DNA of 55,104 nucleotides from Perkinsus olseni (Eukaryota): NCBI GenBank assembly GCA_013115125.1, contig JABANN010000189.1, positions 1 to 55,104 of the forward strand, read 5' to 3'. Shown piece by piece: positions 51,201 to 55,104 of this stretch (position 1 is its first letter; each line of letters starts with the position of its first letter). The notes under the pieces were generated by a model. It saw only the letters and a program-made list of their open reading frames with translations, ran no database searches and was not told where the DNA came from. The position numbers and the translations under genes were made by a program.

Positions 51201-52273
51201 TCTGCTCATGTCGTCCACAGCTTGCCAGTATGTATGTCGAGTTGCTACTGGAGGAGGGATGATGTGATGGTCCACCATCATCAGGGAAGAATACACCAGC
51301 CTCATGAAACGAGTCTACGTAGGATCCTAAGGGGGTCCACCTTCCACCACCCTACTCATGTGAAGGGAGCAGCTCACCGGCAAAGTCACAATCGAAGATG
51401 TATATGGTAGGCTTAGCAAGCCAACCGATGAGCTTATGTATACCAATTGGGGAGCATTCGTCCAGTGCCTGCTGGGGTACCGAGGTTGGGTAACCCTCCC
51501 TTTCAGAGACTTGTGGTTACTTGATTATACATTGGCAGGGAGCGGCCATGCAGCCCACTTGGTTGGGAATCTGAAACGCATTAGCATTGAGATAATGCGA
51601 ATACTCGCCTAGCGACTGAGCATTCAATGATATCGAGAAGGGTAATGGCAGTTGAACAACTGCCACATCCCTACGGTCATGAATTCCCCTCAATGATCCC
51701 AGGACTAATTACCTGTAACGCCACTGCCCGAGTGATAGCTGAGATAATGGAACACTATACGCTCGGTGGTGCCTGAGGTTATGGAGGTATTATAGGAGAC
51801 AGGACTGCACCAAGGGCAGCATACTCCTTCGTGCTGTATGGCAGACACGCCTCAGATGATCGGGACTGAAAAGATCATACTACAGGGCGACAACGTCGCG
51901 TGTCCTACGTTGGATCTGGACACACTCGGCATAGCTGTGCTGGCATGGGAGCATTCTCGAACCGGTTCCACACACTGCCCGGCTCGAATCGGAATAACCG
52001 ATAGTATCTGCAGATGGAGGCAGCCGTGGGGCAAGCGGAAGACTCGAACGCGTTCCCTACAGCATTTGCAGGTTCTTCAACGATTCCGCAATCGGTGTTG
52101 TATCTGGGAGGAGGACACCACCAACAATTACCTTGGGATATACCCCACGTTAATGCAGAGACGGTAAAAGGTAGGAGGAACTGGACCGAGGACAGACAAC
52201 AGTAAAGGCAGACGACGGCGACGACCTCGATCCCCTTCCTCTTTGAACAGCTTGTGTACGCCCTGCTTGGCAT
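45400..52273 (-). CDS. RPTOR: divergent Raptor/KOG1 (TORC1 scaffold), multi-exon; 3' boundary uncertain
   Basis: Ordered Raptor RNC/HEAT motifs: VVAVVCL...CWW...CPDPT, QLNSVFTSIMNSIAWSTL, SVSTPKLPDCGQHPLWETWELVLE, FFNDQLRAFSIWL, ELPILLQ|VLSHSVNRLCSLRLLAAYCDLG and VLFLWAKVVALE. Confidence 0.78.
48212..48258. repeat. (TGA/CAT)~15 microsatellite at the 3' end of Raptor intron 48211-48305
   Basis: Minus strand reads gtgagt...ctctg(cat)n-cag|GTC. Confidence 0.85.
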
Positions 52274-53326
52274 GGCTCCACTGCTGTAGCTGTATCTTCT
52301 CGATAGTGTTCAAGTACTGCCTATCCCCTCTCCATCCACTTCCTGTATTCACCACCATAACTGCTTGAGTGGTCCCTAATCACCGATGGAATGCTCCTGT
52401 TGCACGTTACTGCGCAGGGGAGCAGACGACCTTAACTACGGCACATCAAGCATACTCACGTATTATCTCATTTTCAGATAGACATGCAGCGGGATCAGCC
52501 CAGGACCGAGCGGGGATGAAGGAGAGTTCCGAAGCGGCATTGGATGGGGTATTCTCCCAATCGACCGTGCAGTTCATTGCCACCAGAGTGCACTCATCCT
52601 ATAACAAGGCCGTCGATGAGTCAATGCAGTAGGAGTACGAGACTACAACACAACAACCTCAGCTACACAATCAACAGGTAGAGCAGCAGTCAAAGACAGC
52701 ATCACAGTCTCAGTTGCTCATCATCGCTAGCTCCTACCATGCACATAATAGCGAGTTCGCCGCTATTGGAAGGGAAAATTAGAGTGTACTATACTGTAGC
52801 GAAGCCTGATATGGTCAGGCTATGCGAAGACACGATAAATATCCTGAATGCCGGAATGCTCGTGTTATAATAACGATAGTATAATCAGGACCTGGACGGT
52901 CCTGGGAGACCTTGACGATCGCCCAATTAGATGCCACTGAACGTGAGCGTTAACGGGGGTGTTTAGCGGGGAAAGGGAGAATCTCTAGAGATCGCCTCAT
53001 AATGCGGAGGAGAGGCCTCTACGCCCTCCTCGCTGATAACATCGCGGGATGACATCCCCTGGGGTGAGTACCCTGGAAAAGGAAAGTGTGTAATAAGAGG
53101 CGATCCAGCTCGACTGGCCGGAGCCGTATAATCATGTTTCAACGGCGTAGTATAATCTCAGGAGACCAATTGGCAAGCACACCGAGCGTTGAGACGAGAG
53201 TAAAGATGGAATACCAGTCGAACTGGATAATCAAAATTAGAGATATGGAAAAGACGACCTGAACGGCCAGTGCTGGAATAATGTCAGCTGAAAAGGGACT
53301 AGATCTGGTTCATACCAGTGACACAA

Positions 53327-54124
53327 CTAGTGCCGCCTCCTATGGTTACCCTTCAGCAAGACCACCATCTGATCGATGTACTGCACGTACGGAGAGGACT
53401 CATCGTCGGCACTGCCCTCTTTAACTCGGAACAACTCGGCCTCGGAATGAGCGTAACCGCAGTTTATCCTACAGCAGTGTCTACCTCTGTCGCACATCTT
53501 CGTGCTGTACAAATTTGCTGGCCTAAAGCGCAGGTCGGAAGGATGATGGGCAAACCTACACTGGTGCCCCAGAGCACAATAACCTCTTACGAAGTGACGG
53601 CAGGCTTTGGTCTTTTCAAGGCGAGATACACCGGGTACTGTCGAGCCCTTCTGAATCGCGGGCACGGAGTCGTATGGATAATCTCGCAAGTCATTGTCCA
53701 TCCCAGTGCAACTCGCGTAAGTAAGACCAGAGGCAGAAGTAGATCTACTCGGAGGGGCAAGTAAAGGTGAATAGCCAGCAGAAGATGGGTAGGGTCTCAG
53801 CTTCCCACATTGCGGACATGTCCCACTCGTAGACGACGACGACGACGACGATGCTGCAGGAGTCCATTGAGATGTACCGACCATGAGACCAGCCCGTACT
53901 CTAGTGCGAGCAGGTAAGACCGGCTGCGGTAGACCATGGGTAGTATCGGCCATGCCTGGGAGGTGGAGCTGTGAGTGACAATCGCAGGTGCAGGGAGGGC
54001 AAGCGCGATGAGCGCGATGAGGTAACCCGAAACCTGGCTGCTTGTTTACGCTTCTAGCCATAGGTAAAGAAGGAAGCTCAACCTCTGATACGGGAACGGG
54101 ATTGTTAACCACATTCAGGAACAA
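53327..54124 (-). CDS. tandem CCCH zinc-finger (TTP/ZFP36-like) RNA-binding protein; first ATG at 54061
   Basis: KTKACRHFVRGYCALGHQCRFAH and YSTKMCDRGRHCCRINCGYAHSEAEL. Confidence 0.88.
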   Translation of the reverse strand: MFLNVVNNPVPVSEVELPSLPMARSVNKQPGFGLPHRAHRACPPCTCDCHSQLHLPGMADTTHGLPQPVLPARTRVRAGLMVGTSQWTPAASSSSSSSTSGTCPQCGKLRPYPSSAGYSPLLAPPSRSTSASGLTYASCTGMDNDLRDYPYDSVPAIQKGSTVPGVSRLEKTKACRHFVRGYCALGHQCRFAHHPSDLRFRPANLYSTKMCDRGRHCCRINCGYAHSEAELFRVKEGSADDESSPYVQYIDQMVVLLKGNHRRRH

Positions 54125-54885
54125 GTTATGTTGAGCATGTCAGGCGATTATTATAAATTACGGGTGGGGCTGTTCGAGTCATGATGTGCAAGAGGGCTCA
54201 TGAAATATCCAGCCGAGTCCGAGAGGAAATTCAAGTTTCATGAACGAACACGCAGTATAAATAATATGCGTACGCAACCACACGAATGAGTACGCGTGCA
54301 GCCGGACATCAACCCTCGTGCACCCCGTAGCATCGACCAATGGATCCAACTCAGATTAGCAACCACAATTTGGAACGTCGTGGGCAGGTCACAGACTGCG
54401 ACTCGCAGTTCCGAGCCCCTGGCGAGAAATTTCCACGGTTTCATCAAGAAATGCTTCCCGACCCATCCTAAGCAGTACGTACATGTATATGTTACATATA
54501 ATATGTTATATAATATGTATCACGAGGAAATAGCACCACCAAACAGACACAGGGATCAACCGGAGTGGCCGAGACCTACTGCTTTGCTGGATCTCGGAAG
54601 ACATCGGGGTCGTGCTACTAATCAATTCCGAAACTCAGGGCCTCTTTCACTAACTCCTTTATTGAGTTAGGACGGTAAAAAACTCAAGAAACGAAGATAA
54701 GATCGTTTCACTAAGGGGCGCAGTGGCGTAATCTGCCAGGTAAATCTCAAGGATTTACTTAAGATTACGGTAAGGCACGACCGATCACCTTTACCCCCGC
54801 CTATTCTGCCGCGGTCGGGTTATCCTTTGGATGGAAATTTATTTCTTACCTCCCGGTAGATTTGCTTGAGTCAACGGTGAAATCA

Positions 54886-54967
54886 GACAGCATGTCCGAG
54901 TGGTTAAGGAGGTGGACTTGAAATCCATTAGGCTCAGCCTGCGCAGGTTCGAATCCTGCCGCTGTCG
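54886..54967 (+). tRNA. tRNA-Ser(UGA)
   Basis: Full cloverleaf with long variable arm, anticodon loop cTTGAaa and GGTTCGAATCC. One A-C mismatch at acceptor pair 7. Confidence 0.93.
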
Positions 54968-55035
54968 GGTTATCCTATGGAGAGAAATTCATTTCTCACC
55001 TTCCGGTCCGCACTAGCCAGGCGGACTCCAAACCA

Positions 55036-55104
55036 GACAGCGTGTCCGAGTGGTTAAGGAGGTGGACTAGAAATCCACTGGGCTCTGCCCGCGCAGATTC
55101 GAAT
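55036..55104 (+). tRNA. tRNA-Ser(AGA), truncated by the window end
   Basis: gacagcgtgtccgagtggttaagga, anticodon loop cTAGAaa and long variable arm. T-arm reads gcagATTCGAAT (variant). Confidence 0.85.

Larger units (their letters stand above)
54805..55104 (+). repeat. ~150-bp tRNA-Ser tandem repeat units
   Basis: Trailer gtcgggttatcct.tgga..gaaatt.atttct.acct.ccggt occurs at ~54813 and ~54964. Confidence 0.8.

Overview
Intron-rich eukaryotic DNA. Short GT-AG introns, a plastid-targeted DXS and a PanB-PanE fusion suggest a non-photosynthetic alveolate, probably Perkinsus-like (inference). From left to right: plastid-targeted DXS (~1067-7443), CBP80/NCBP1 (7984-13023) and a small secreted protein. 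Next comes a diverged ~10 kb tandem duplication (~14.5-35.3 kb) carrying two unknown multi-exon genes and decayed LTR-retrotransposon pol sequence. After that: a mucin-like surface protein, a PanB-PanE fusion (38811-42198), a GT77-like glycosyltransferase, a divergent Raptor-like gene, a tandem CCCH zinc-finger gene and the start of a tRNA-Ser tandem array. The most unusual observation is that at least seven spliceosomal introns in three housekeeping genes contain tRNA 3'-end fragments (T-arm/B-box, often with an acceptor-like 3' strand, twice followed directly by TTTTT). The fragments differ from each other, and four of these introns are almost nothing but the fragment. All gene models were built by eye from splice sites and protein motifs.
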